Assembly: GCA_963666835.2 (NCBI GenBank)
Contig: CAXXGO010000003.1
Span: forward strand, 352,001-416,000
Direction: 5' to 3'
Length of the DNA stretch: 64,000 nt
Source: Phycisphaerae bacterium
GTDB lineage: Bacteria; Planctomycetota; Phycisphaerae; UBA1845
The notes beneath the pieces are model-generated. The model was not told the DNA's origin. It made no database searches and worked only from the letters and a program-made list of their open reading frames with translations. The position numbers and the translations under genes were made by a program. This document shows, piece by piece, positions 11,504-20,984 of this stretch. Numbering within the stretch: the first letter of the stretch is position 1; each line of letters begins with the position of its first letter.

Positions 11504-12513
11504 GCGCAAGGACGACTCGGAGTGTTCTCTTTGTGACTGTCGTCGCGGCACTCGCGGCTGAAACGACGAGGGCGCAGACTCCGACAGCGAACCTCATTGA
11601 CTACCTGGACGCGGACGGACAGGTCACTGCAGAGATCCGCCGGGAAGTCCGCACGACGTGGGAGGAGTGCCGCGCGGATGCCGCCGCCGAGTGCCTCACG
11701 CCGGCCCTGTCGACACTGTCTGCCACCTTCCGCGAAGGCGTTCTTGCCTACCGGAATGAACGCTATGCAACTTGTGCCACTATTATGGCAGAGTTGCGGA
11801 CTGATCCGAACCCGTTCCTGGCTGTCAACGCTGCCGCCTACGAAGTCAAGGCCCAGGTGGCCGCGGGCGCTGCCGTGGAGGCCCTGGACGTCTTTCCCAC
11901 ACTAACCGGCGACGGAACGGTAGGACTATCCGGTTTCACCCCATTCTCTGCGGAACTCGCTTTTCTGCGGGGGTTCTGCCTCTACTCCGACCTTCAATAC
12001 CACGCGGCCGCTTCCGCCCTGAACGAGTTCCTGGCAGAATACCCCCACGCACCCGCCCATCTGGCCGTGGCTGCTCGGCGGATACTCGGACAACTTGCCG
12101 ATCATCAGCCCGGCGGGCTCGGGGAGATTGCCGATCTCATGAATTACGCGGGGCAACGGCTCACGCGCGACGACGCCGGCGATACTGTTCGACAGCGTCA
12201 GCGGCGCGCCGTTGAATTGCTGGACAAACTGATTGACGCCGCCAAGCAACAGGAGCGCGGCGGAGACGGTGCCCAGGCCGGGGCGAGCCAGCAGGGCGCC
12301 CCCCCGCAACCGGGGTCCGCGTCTCAAACGACCGGCGGGCCGACACCGGGGGATGACCTGCGGGCCGCTCGTAGCGCCAATCCGGCCGAAGTGTGGGGAA
12401 CGATGCCGCCGGCCGAGCGCAAGAAGATCCTGCAGGCCTTGCGAGATCGCTTCCCCGACCGCTACCGCGGATTGATCGAGCAGTACTATGAGGAACTCGC
12501 TGAGGAGCGTTGA
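11500..12513 (+). CDS. Secreted TPR-like protein
   Basis: ATGA overlap with previous stop; signal peptide; TPR-like helices; WGTMPP..FPDRYRGLIEQYY C-terminus. Confidence 0.6.
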   Translation: MSARTTRSVLFVTVVAALAAETTRAQTPTANLIDYLDADGQVTAEIRREVRTTWEECRADAAAECLTPALSTLSATFREGVLAYRNERYATCATIMAELRTDPNPFLAVNAAAYEVKAQVAAGAAVEALDVFPTLTGDGTVGLSGFTPFSAELAFLRGFCLYSDLQYHAAASALNEFLAEYPHAPAHLAVAARRILGQLADHQPGGLGEIADLMNYAGQRLTRDDAGDTVRQRQRRAVELLDKLIDAAKQQERGGDGAQAGASQQGAPPQPGSASQTTGGPTPGDDLRAARSANPAEVWGTMPPAERKKILQALRDRFPDRYRGLIEQYYEELAEER

Positions 12514-12517
12514 GCTA

Positions 12518-13801
12518 ATGCCCGTAAATGGACTTCGTACCGCAAGAGCCCGACTACGCAGCGCCATTCCGAGGATTGCCTTCGTCGTTGCTATCCTACT
12601 CAGCGAAGTGACCTTCGGAGCTGCCGTGCGGGTCGTTCGGATTGACGGCACGAGCGTCACCGGCGAGTGGCTCGGCTGCCCCGCCGGTCAGCGACTCGGT
12701 TTGCGAACGGACCTCGGCGAAACCGAGATTGAACTTCACCAGGCCGCTGAACTGATCTTCAGCAACGTCGCAACCAATCCGCGAGGAACAACCGTATTTC
12801 ACCTGAATGGCGGCGGCCACATCGTCGGAGAGCCGTTGGAAACAGCGTCCGGGGGCGTTGCATGTCGAATGAACACCGGCGGCGGTGTCACGATTCGCTT
12901 TAACGATCTGGCGGGAGTCGAGTTCGGTTACACCGGCGATCCGCTGGGCGCGTCCGAGCTCTTTCAGTCAGCAATGGCTGACCGATCCGACGGCCAAGAC
13001 GCGCTGGTTACGCGACATGGTGACCGCCCACCCCAGATCCTCCATGGTCAACTCGAAGCTCTCGGGCCTGAAACCGGTATGTTCAGGTTCGATAATCGCC
13101 CGCGGACATTCCGCAACGAGAAGATCTTTGGAATAGTGATGGCCGCAGAGGTTGTCCCCCGCGAGCCGAGCCAAGTCCGAGTCTCGCTGGTGGCAGGTTC
13201 GGTGATTCCAGGGCGGCTGCGGGATGCGACGGCCGACATTCTCACGATAGAAACGACTTGGGGGCACCCGGTCACCATTCCGATTGAAGACATCGCCACG
13301 GTGGATTTCACCAGCGATCGAGTTGTCTACATTAGCGACCTAACCCCCAAGACCCAACACGTTGATGGACGGCTCCATCGTCCCTGGCCTGTACAATTGG
13401 ATCGAAGCGTGAGTGGCGGACCGTTGTCACTTGCCGGACAGACCTTTCGCAAGGGGTTGGGCGTTCACAGCCGCACGGAGCTGACTTACGAACTCGGCAA
13501 CGAATTCGACACCTTTCTTGCCACTATCGGAATCGACGACGCAGTTCGTCCGCGCGGGAGCGTGTGCTTTCGCGTGCGAGGCGATGGCCGTACCCTGTTC
13601 GATAGTGGCGAGCTAACCGGACTGGACGACCCCCGCGAGCTTGCCGTTGACATATCGGGTGTCTCGGTTCTCACCCTGGAGGTGGATTTCGGCGAAGGAC
13701 TGGATCTGGCCGACCACGCAGACTGGGGTCAGGCGCGCCTGCTCAAAGCGGCGGTCATCCCGTATCACGAGCCTTCCAACGGCATCGGGTCGGACAGGTG
13801 A
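12518..13801 (+). CDS. NPCBM/NEW2 domain protein
   Basis: C-terminal KGLGVHS..F.ATIGIDD..GSVCFRVRGDG..FDSG..DHADWGQARL; signal peptide. Confidence 0.85.
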   Translation: MPVNGLRTARARLRSAIPRIAFVVAILLSEVTFGAAVRVVRIDGTSVTGEWLGCPAGQRLGLRTDLGETEIELHQAAELIFSNVATNPRGTTVFHLNGGGHIVGEPLETASGGVACRMNTGGGVTIRFNDLAGVEFGYTGDPLGASELFQSAMADRSDGQDALVTRHGDRPPQILHGQLEALGPETGMFRFDNRPRTFRNEKIFGIVMAAEVVPREPSQVRVSLVAGSVIPGRLRDATADILTIETTWGHPVTIPIEDIATVDFTSDRVVYISDLTPKTQHVDGRLHRPWPVQLDRSVSGGPLSLAGQTFRKGLGVHSRTELTYELGNEFDTFLATIGIDDAVRPRGSVCFRVRGDGRTLFDSGELTGLDDPRELAVDISGVSVLTLEVDFGEGLDLADHADWGQARLLKAAVIPYHEPSNGIGSDR

Positions 13802-13805
13802 TCCT

Positions 13806-15011
13806 CTATGCCGCTTCGGGTTCCTCGACCGGCCTGGCGGCATCGGCCCGCGGCGATCGTTCCGGCATCCACTTGTAGATCACCACAATGAAGGCTACGC
13901 CACCGGCAAACACCAAGACGCTCACAAACTGGGATATCGTGAGCCCGAGCGTATCGTGCGGATTGTCCGTGCGGATCATCTCGATCACGAACCGGCTGAT
14001 CGGATAGAGCACCGCGGCCAGGGCAATTACAATCCCATGGCGTTTCCTCACATAGAAAACCGCCGAAAGCAGACCGGACATCAGGAAGGCACTCACCGAA
14101 GCGTATAGTTGAGTTGGATGCACGGGCAGAGAATGGCACTGCGCCGCCAGGTCCTGCAGCTCTGATACCGACGTCTTACGCTCCGGGTGCTCTCGCGAGG
14201 GGAATCGCTGCGCCATCTCCAGAGCGTCCAGATGGTTCTTCTTCCGCCACGCTACCAACACCGCTTCCTTGCTCTTGATCTCAGAGTTGAGCGCTCGGAC
14301 CTCCGCGGAGTCGGCATCAATCTCCTTTGCCTCGGCCAGGGCGGTTTTGAGGTCGTCGATGTCGCGCTGCGGACGCTCCCGAGCTTCGACCGACAGGTTC
14401 AACGTCGCGGCCGGCAAAGGCAGACCTGCGTTACCCGCCATACTGATCAGCTCTGCCGGGATCGTTACGTCCCGATCCTGCCACTGCCGCAGGTGCGCCG
14501 GGCTTCCGTATGGAAACTCCACCGCCCAGGGGTACTTGGCTTGATCGGTCCCCTCGGCCACACATACCCCACCGAAACAGCACCCGTTGAAAAAGCAGCC
14601 GATCCGCCCGATCGCCAGCCCCCACAACAGACCCGGGGCGAGAATGTCAAGATACAGGCGGATGGACTGGCGCTTAATGGCCAGATAGATCATCACCGCC
14701 GCGGTTGCGCCCAGAAAGCCGCCCAGAAACTCCAACCCTCCCTGGCGGATGTCGATTACTGCAAACCAGACGTTCTTGAGCGGAGCAAAGTCCGTCTTCC
14801 AGTAGTGGATCACGTAGAACAGACGTGCCCCTCCCACCCCGAAAACCAGCGCGAGAAAAGACAGGTCAATCACCCGGTCCGGGTCGGCCTTGACCCTCGC
14901 CGCCCGGCGCATCGCCAGCCACACCGCGCTGAGGAACCCGACCATCAGGCAGAAGCCGTACGTCTTTACGCCGATTCCTAATACCGGCAACGTGAACAAT
15001 TCCGGGTGCAT
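13806..15011 (-). CDS. lgt: Prolipoprotein diacylglyceryl transferase with ~130-aa insertion
   Basis: MHPELF, YG, GARLFYV, GGLEFLGG, GRIGCFFNGCCFG, HPTQLY, RFVIEMIR. Confidence 0.9.
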   Translation of the reverse strand: MHPELFTLPVLGIGVKTYGFCLMVGFLSAVWLAMRRAARVKADPDRVIDLSFLALVFGVGGARLFYVIHYWKTDFAPLKNVWFAVIDIRQGGLEFLGGFLGATAAVMIYLAIKRQSIRLYLDILAPGLLWGLAIGRIGCFFNGCCFGGVCVAEGTDQAKYPWAVEFPYGSPAHLRQWQDRDVTIPAELISMAGNAGLPLPAATLNLSVEARERPQRDIDDLKTALAEAKEIDADSAEVRALNSEIKSKEAVLVAWRKKNHLDALEMAQRFPSREHPERKTSVSELQDLAAQCHSLPVHPTQLYASVSAFLMSGLLSAVFYVRKRHGIVIALAAVLYPISRFVIEMIRTDNPHDTLGLTISQFVSVLVFAGGVAFIVVIYKWMPERSPRADAARPVEEPEAA

Positions 15012-15069
15012 ATATCCGCCTTCAGTGTTTGAACGTCAGCAACAGAACCTCGGCACGTTCACGAAGATC

Positions 15070-15942
15070 CTAACCGGACACAGGCGGCGGGTCCACGCCG
15101 ATGTTGTCGATCAGGCGACAGGTCCCAATCCGCACCGCCAGGCAGATACGCGCGGGCCGATCAACAACCGACAGCAACTCCAGCGATGTCACATCGACGA
15201 CGTCCACATATTCGATCTTCGCAGGTCCCGCTTGCTGAATCGTGCTCCTGATCTCCTCTTTTAACTCCGCCACGTCCCTCGCCCCGTTCGTCACCCGTTC
15301 TCGGGCGTTGAACAGAGCCTCGCTCAACGACCGCGCCTGTTCCCGCTGGTCAGCGGAAAGGTAGGCGTTGCGGCTCGATCGCGCGAGTCCGTCCGCCTCG
15401 CGGACCGTCGGACAACCAACAATCTCGATTGCCATGCTCAGGTCGAGAACCATCCGGCGAATCACCGCAAGCTGCTGAAAGTCCTTCTCGCCGAAAAACG
15501 CAACGTCCGCCGGCAAGATGCTGAACAGCTTGGCGACGACCGTAGCCACGCCGTCGAAGTGCCCCGGCCGGCATGGACCGCACAACGCATCCGTCAGCCC
15601 GCTGACGTGCACTGTTGTGAGCACGTCGGACGGGAACATCGTCTCGTTGTCCGGAGCGAATACCAGGTCGACGCCCTCTCGCGCACATGCCGCCAGGTCT
15701 TCAGCCAACGGGCGCGGATAGGCGTCCAGGTCCTCCTGCGGACCGAACTGCAGCGGATTAACGAAAATCGTTACCGCAACTGCCTGGCAGCGCGCTCGCG
15801 CCGCCCGAATGAGCGAGAAGTGCCCTTCGTGCAGAGCTCCCATCGTCGGGACCAGCCCGACGGACCGGCCCCGTTGGTGGAGCTGACGGACCGCGGCCCG
15901 AGCCTCCTCGACTCCGTGCAGTACCTTCATTGCCCGTCTCAT
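15070..15942 (-). CDS. panC: Pantoate--beta-alanine ligase
   Basis: VPTMGALHEGH, IFVNPLQF, RPGHFDGVATVV, FGEKDFQQ, READGLARSSRN, RLIDN. Confidence 0.97.
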   Translation of the reverse strand: MRRAMKVLHGVEEARAAVRQLHQRGRSVGLVPTMGALHEGHFSLIRAARARCQAVAVTIFVNPLQFGPQEDLDAYPRPLAEDLAACAREGVDLVFAPDNETMFPSDVLTTVHVSGLTDALCGPCRPGHFDGVATVVAKLFSILPADVAFFGEKDFQQLAVIRRMVLDLSMAIEIVGCPTVREADGLARSSRNAYLSADQREQARSLSEALFNARERVTNGARDVAELKEEIRSTIQQAGPAKIEYVDVVDVTSLELLSVVDRPARICLAVRIGTCRLIDNIGVDPPPVSG

Positions 15943-16212
15943 TAACAGTCCTCGAATGCCTCTTTTTCGGACCGTACTGTACGCCTGCAACCCGATTATG
16001 CAAAATGGGGCCGATGGGCCCGTGATTGCCGACGCAACAGGCCGGGCGTTCGCGGTGGGAGACGCCCCTCGCCGAACAGTGGGTTCGAGCCTTTAGGCCG
16101 GTAAAGCGAGCCCTTCAGGGTCGTTAGAGCCTGGATCGGCTGGGGCAGCAAGATCGCCCGGCGGATACCGAACTTACCGCTAACGATCCTGCGGGTCAGA
16201 CTGTCTAAATCC

Positions 16213-16827
16213 TTGGATCAGAGCGACTTGGACACCGTCGTGGAACAGACGAAGGCGGCCGAAACATCCCTGGTTGAACGAGCCCGCGGTGGTGACTCGG
16301 CAGCCTTCGCCGATCTGGTGCGAGCGTACCAGCGGCGCGCGGTCTCGGTCGCCTACCGGTTGCTCGGCAATGTTGAGGACGCCGGCGATGTCAGCCAAGA
16401 TGCCTTCGTTCGGGCCTACCGCTGCCTGGAGCAGCTCGACGATCCGGCCCGGTTCGGGTCCTGGCTGCTGCGTATCGTCAGCAACCTCGCCCTCAACTAC
16501 CGCCGGGCCCGGAGTACTCGGGCGGCGGCTTCGCTGGACGACGACCTCGCCCTGCCGAGCAACATTCGGAACCCGTCCACCGTACAGCGGAGCGTTGGAC
16601 TTGCTCCGGATGAAGACGGAGTTCTTCCCGCGGAGCTGCGCGGGGGGATCCAGGCGGCTATGGAGCAACTGCCCGAGAAACAACGGCTGGCCCTGATCCT
16701 GTTCAGCGTAGAGGGCCTTCCGCAGAAGGAGGTTGCCGAGATTCTCGAATGCACCGTTGAACTGGTGAAATGGAACGTCTTCCAGGCCCGTAAGAAGCTC
16801 AAAGAGTCGCTTAGGGAGTACCTTTGA
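16213..16827 (+). CDS. ECF RNA polymerase sigma-70 factor
   Basis: Region 2 DAGDVSQDAFVRAY..FGSWLLRIVSN; region 4 LPEKQR..KEVAEILECTVELVK. Confidence 0.92.
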   Translation: MDQSDLDTVVEQTKAAETSLVERARGGDSAAFADLVRAYQRRAVSVAYRLLGNVEDAGDVSQDAFVRAYRCLEQLDDPARFGSWLLRIVSNLALNYRRARSTRAAASLDDDLALPSNIRNPSTVQRSVGLAPDEDGVLPAELRGGIQAAMEQLPEKQRLALILFSVEGLPQKEVAEILECTVELVKWNVFQARKKLKESLREYL

Positions 16828-16888
16828 TAGGGACTGCCTCGTAACGGTGCCGAACGGCAGAAGCAGTGATTAGACGAAGAAGCCTACG

Positions 16889-17551
16889 ATGACCGAAGCA
16901 CAGTACAACCCGAACGATCCTGCCTATCTTGCCAGCCGGGCGTTGGACGAAGAGCTTCCTGCTGAGGAACGGCGGCGGCTCGATGCCGCTCTGGCGGAAT
17001 CGGCAGAGTTGCGCGTCGAAGCCGGCGAGCTTGCCGGTGTCGACCGCCTGGTCAAGCGGTGGGCAGGCGACGGGCCGGAGTTGGATTGGGAGAACCATGC
17101 CCGGCTCGTAAGTGATCGGATCAACTCGGACGTCGACGAGGGCGACCTGGCTCAGGTTGATCGGCTTCTCACGCGGTGGGGACAGGACTCTGCCGAGATC
17201 GACGCCGACCGGTTCACTGCCGAGGTAATGCAGAGGGTCTGCGCTGCGGATCAGCGGCATCCGCGGCGGAACCTGCTCTTGCGGCTCGCGGTTCCTCTGG
17301 CCGCCGCCGCTGCAATCGTCGTCGCCGTGACCGGTCCCTTCCGGCAAACCACCGCGCCTTCGACGGTCTCGCAGGTGGCGTTTCGTCCGATCGTTCAAGC
17401 GGCTGCCTTGCCGCAGACAACGTCAATCGTGCAGTTCGATCGCACTGCGGTCGCGGATGCAACGCCCGGATCGGAGGATTCGAGTTTGTCTATATTGATA
17501 GTCGGGTCATCACCACTGCCGAGAGCTTTTGAGGAAGTGCCACCAGCATGA
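16889..17551 (+). CDS. Putative membrane-anchored anti-sigma factor
   Basis: Follows ECF; LDEEL..EERRRLDAAL anti-sigma-like N-terminus; single TM LAVPLAAAAAIVVAV. Confidence 0.7.
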   Translation: MTEAQYNPNDPAYLASRALDEELPAEERRRLDAALAESAELRVEAGELAGVDRLVKRWAGDGPELDWENHARLVSDRINSDVDEGDLAQVDRLLTRWGQDSAEIDADRFTAEVMQRVCAADQRHPRRNLLLRLAVPLAAAAAIVVAVTGPFRQTTAPSTVSQVAFRPIVQAAALPQTTSIVQFDRTAVADATPGSEDSSLSILIVGSSPLPRAFEEVPPA

Positions 17552-18783
17552 CAGAGGTTAATCGGAGTTTCCTTTTGGACGTACCCGAGACCCACCGGCG
17601 AGAGTCGCCGCCGGCCTGTTGGCGAGAGAGTAAGATGACGATTGCCGAGTTCAATACTGCTGCCTTCAAGAAGTTGATCGCGGTCTTCGCGATTATCGCG
17701 GCTTGGGCAACGTCCGTTGCCACTGCCCAGCTCGACCGGCGCGGGCTCATCGAGCAGGCCCTCGATGAACCCACCCATATCACGCTGGAAGATATCCGGC
17801 TCGGCGACGCTATAGAGAAAGTCTCCGAACAGACCGGCATCAGGGTCTTCATGCCACCTTCCGTGATGGCGTTTGTTCCGTACGGAGCCGACACCGTGGT
17901 GCGCCGCGTCGAGATCGAGGGTATCTCTCTGCGCCAGGGGCTGACCAACCTGTTCGCTCCCCTTGGGATGACCTTCCGAGTTGATGCCGACCACGTGGTC
18001 GTCGACCCGCACGACGCCTTGCGTAATCTCGGACGAGCCCCCACTTGGACCGAGCTGGACACTCTGGCGGAGCTGCGGGGAATACGTCCCGGCGTGGACG
18101 ATAATGACCTGAACCGCTTGCGCGGTCGTATCCGCTTCGCCGTCCCGATCCCTGACGGTTGGACCCCGCTGGCGGCCGCGATTCGCAGCGTTGGGTCGGG
18201 CCCGGGGGACACGGTTCTGTCTCTCGCCTGTTCTCACCTGGGCTGGGGCTGGAGTCTGGATGGCGACGGAATAACCGTGGTCTCCGGCGCCGGTCGGATC
18301 CAACGTACCCTCCAGCAGCCGGTCTCGCTTCGCATGAACTTCAAGCCCCTCATCGATGTTCTGCAAGAACTCGGGCGGGTAACGGGTGTTGCGATTCGGA
18401 CTGAGCCCGCAGTGCTGGCCTCCCTACCGGTCCAGGTCCGCGAGAACTTCTCGATCAACGCTCACAACACACCGGCCGAGCACATTCTGGAGAAGATCGC
18501 TGCGTACACGGGGTTAGGCTATCTGGTCGAAGCGGACGGAGTCCTCTTCTACGACGCCACCGGGGCTCCGCCACAAACCTCGGGCGCGGAGCCGATCACG
18601 GAAACCCCACCGGTCAACGATCCCTACGTGGGCAAAGTCGTTACTCCGGTCGGAGATGGTCGAACGGTGGAATGGCTTGTGCGCCGATCCGAACTGCCCC
18701 CCGACCTGCGCACGATGCGGCAAGAGGACCTCAAAGAAGCCTTCGAAGCCATCCGCGCCCAGAAGGCCGATCCCAAACCATAG
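17548..18783 (+). CDS. Secreted protein with two STN/secretin-N-like segments
   Basis: Signal peptide after alternative ATG 17635; L.DAIEKVSEQTGI and L.DVLQELGRVTGV segments; coupled to the anti-sigma gene. Confidence 0.5.
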   Translation: MTEVNRSFLLDVPETHRRESPPACWRESKMTIAEFNTAAFKKLIAVFAIIAAWATSVATAQLDRRGLIEQALDEPTHITLEDIRLGDAIEKVSEQTGIRVFMPPSVMAFVPYGADTVVRRVEIEGISLRQGLTNLFAPLGMTFRVDADHVVVDPHDALRNLGRAPTWTELDTLAELRGIRPGVDDNDLNRLRGRIRFAVPIPDGWTPLAAAIRSVGSGPGDTVLSLACSHLGWGWSLDGDGITVVSGAGRIQRTLQQPVSLRMNFKPLIDVLQELGRVTGVAIRTEPAVLASLPVQVRENFSINAHNTPAEHILEKIAAYTGLGYLVEADGVLFYDATGAPPQTSGAEPITETPPVNDPYVGKVVTPVGDGRTVEWLVRRSELPPDLRTMRQEDLKEAFEAIRAQKADPKP

Positions 18784-18828
18784 CCCCCGAAATCGGCCAC
18801 TCACTTGCCCGACGCGCGTGATTAATAC

Positions 18829-18851
18829 GTAGACCAGGTCAATGACCTGCC
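18829..18851 (+). repeat. GTAG-type REP-like palindrome (copy 1)
   Basis: GTAGACCAGGTCAATGACCTGCC; 20-mer AGACCAGGTCAATGACCTGC recurs at 20913. Confidence 0.65.
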
Positions 18852-19063
18852 TAAACCATTTGCCGCGTGTATACGCAAGGAATATGATTCCGGTATGCCA
18901 ACTTGCGCAGGGGCCATCTTCCTGATGGTCATCCTGTGGCCTGTAGCCAAGTATGTGTGCTTGTTGCTTACTGAGGAGTTTGCGATGGGATGGGTTTGAC
19001 GGCGGTTCTTGCCACATTGGCCGATTGGCACCAGTCGTGCAGCGATGCGAGCACGACGTTGGT

Positions 19064-19566
19064 TCGAGTCCCCGACCTCTGAAGAGGCGAGCCACCCAGT
19101 CTACGACAGACCACTTGGCCGCGCGACGCCCGAACGTACGCCGAAGGCGTTTAACAGCAAAGCCCAGGGTAAACGAAGCGGCGCAGCCGCTTCAGTGCCA
19201 CCCTGGGTCACAAAGCCCCCTTCCACACCAACCCCGAAGTGGGTTGAACAACAGCGTTCGGCCTGTGAAACCCTTACAGGGTTCGCTCGACCGAGACGAT
19301 TCGATACCCAGGGTGGCGTCCCGGCAAGCCGGGACTGACCCTGGGCTATGCTGTTGAGCCCCTTCGGGGCACGCGTCAACCCGCGTTAACGTCCTTCGCG
19401 TAACGTAGGCATCCGTCGGGTAGCGCAGCCATTCGTCTCGTAGCGTAGACATCCTACCTGCAGTACGTCGGCTAACACACGGAATCCCGGCCGGGCGGAT
19501 GTTCTATTGACTTTCGCGAATGCCCCAGGCGTCCGAGTCCACCACCTCTGAAGAGGCGGGCCACCC
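19064..19566. repeat. REP/REPIN-like palindrome cluster
   Basis: Nested inverted repeats AACAGCAAAGCCCAGGGT (19153)/ACCCTGGGCTATGCTGTT (19338) and GCCACCCTGGGT (19197)/ACCCAGGGTGGC (19306), flanked by two GAGTCCC..ACCTCTGAAGAGGCG.GCCACCC copies (~19064, ~19533). Confidence 0.75.
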
Positions 19567-19656
19567 GGCGGGATCTAGTCCAAACGACCTGCCTGACATC
19601 AACGAGCGATAGTAAAGGCAGATCGTTGAAGTGCTCTATCCATGCTATGGAGTTTG

Positions 19657-20700
19657 CTATGGCGCAAGGTGTCCAATCTGCGCCGGCCCTGCCCTCTTAA
19701 CGAGTCTCGCCTCTTGCTCCAAGAGCAGTCGGGCTTGCTCAAGTTGCTCTGCGGATAGACGTCCTTCGATTCCCTCGATGTCCGCCACAAGTTCGTCCTT
19801 CGCGTCGGTACCTGCGCGCCCGAGGTTCAAGTACACCCAAGCCCAAACGTCATCCTTATCTACACCATGCCCGACAGAGTACATATGGCCGACATGTAGA
19901 AAGGCTGCAGCGTTGCCTCGCCTTCCCGCAACCCGGAACCAGTGCTGAGCAAGCTGTGCGTCTTGCGGCGTCGCGTTTCGGTCGAAATACAGCCGGCCAA
20001 GATTGAACGGCGCTGTCATGCTACCGTTCTCGCTCGCCTTCTCTAACCACTCTATCGCCCTGTCGACATCCTTCTCAAGCCCCAAGCCCAGCAGATACAT
20101 CATACCGAGCCTATTCTGCGCAGACGCAGATCCGTTCGCAGCCAAACGCCGTACCCACTTCTCTGCGCGCGCGTAATCACGCGGAACAACTGTTCCATCG
20201 GAGTAGGCTGCTGCAAGATTCGTGGCCGCGAGCATACTACCCTGATCGGCCGCACGCTCCAGCAGGCTAATGCCCTTCGTGACGTTCCTGCGGTCCCCTT
20301 TTGCAGTGCACAACAGGACCCCGAGAGCAACCTGCGATTGCGTATCTCCGTTCTCTGCAGCCATCTCGTACCAGCTCACCGCCTTATCCAAGTCGAGTAC
20401 GCTAGCCTCTGTATTGTAGATTGCCCCAAGATTAGCCTGGGCACTCGCACTGCCCTGATTGGCCGCCCTCGTATACCAGGCAACTGCCTGTTCGAGGTCT
20501 CGTGTAACACCTTGCCCAGAGTAGTACATGTCTCCGAGTTTATGCTGGGCATAGGTGTCACCTGAATCGGCTAATGACCGGAAGATGGCTAGTGCCGACT
20601 TGTAGTCTCCGCGATTGTAGGCATTCTTGCCGCTCTCGAGATCGGTCTTCTCGGCCGGAATCGAAACCAGCACGGCCAAGAGAATCAGCATCGTTTTCAT
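19657..20700 (-). CDS. Secreted Sel1-like repeat protein
   Basis: Signal peptide; repeated AQ..LG.MY..G.GV..D...A..WY..AA motifs. Confidence 0.92.
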   Translation of the reverse strand: MKTMLILLAVLVSIPAEKTDLESGKNAYNRGDYKSALAIFRSLADSGDTYAQHKLGDMYYSGQGVTRDLEQAVAWYTRAANQGSASAQANLGAIYNTEASVLDLDKAVSWYEMAAENGDTQSQVALGVLLCTAKGDRRNVTKGISLLERAADQGSMLAATNLAAAYSDGTVVPRDYARAEKWVRRLAANGSASAQNRLGMMYLLGLGLEKDVDRAIEWLEKASENGSMTAPFNLGRLYFDRNATPQDAQLAQHWFRVAGRRGNAAAFLHVGHMYSVGHGVDKDDVWAWVYLNLGRAGTDAKDELVADIEGIEGRLSAEQLEQARLLLEQEARLVKRAGPAQIGHLAP

Positions 20701-20912
20701 ATCAAACCTCCCAGAAGATCGCGTGGCTCCGTCTGACGACCGTCGTGTGTCTTCTCCGGTGACCGGACGTACACCGCGCCGCTTCGTTTCTCAGCACGTT
20801 TGATGACGAACGTGGTCCTCGAAAACACGTCATCGGACCGGGCAGGACTACGCTGATCACGAGGCGTTCTCGCCAACGCGTTGGTAGCCCGCACCTATAA
20901 TGCCCGTTACTC

Positions 20913-20937
20913 AGACCAGGTCAATGACCTGCTCTAC
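20913..20937 (-). repeat. GTAG-type REP-like palindrome (copy 2)
   Basis: Minus strand reads GTAGAGCAGGTCATTGACCTGGTCT. Confidence 0.65.
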
Positions 20938-20984
20938 GCGCTGCGCATGGCCACCGGCAGATTGCCGCCGTACAATCATCCGCT

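Noticed and set aside
18953..19452. Short ORFs over the palindrome cluster
   Set aside because: They translate REP/REPIN sequence and have no protein-like features.
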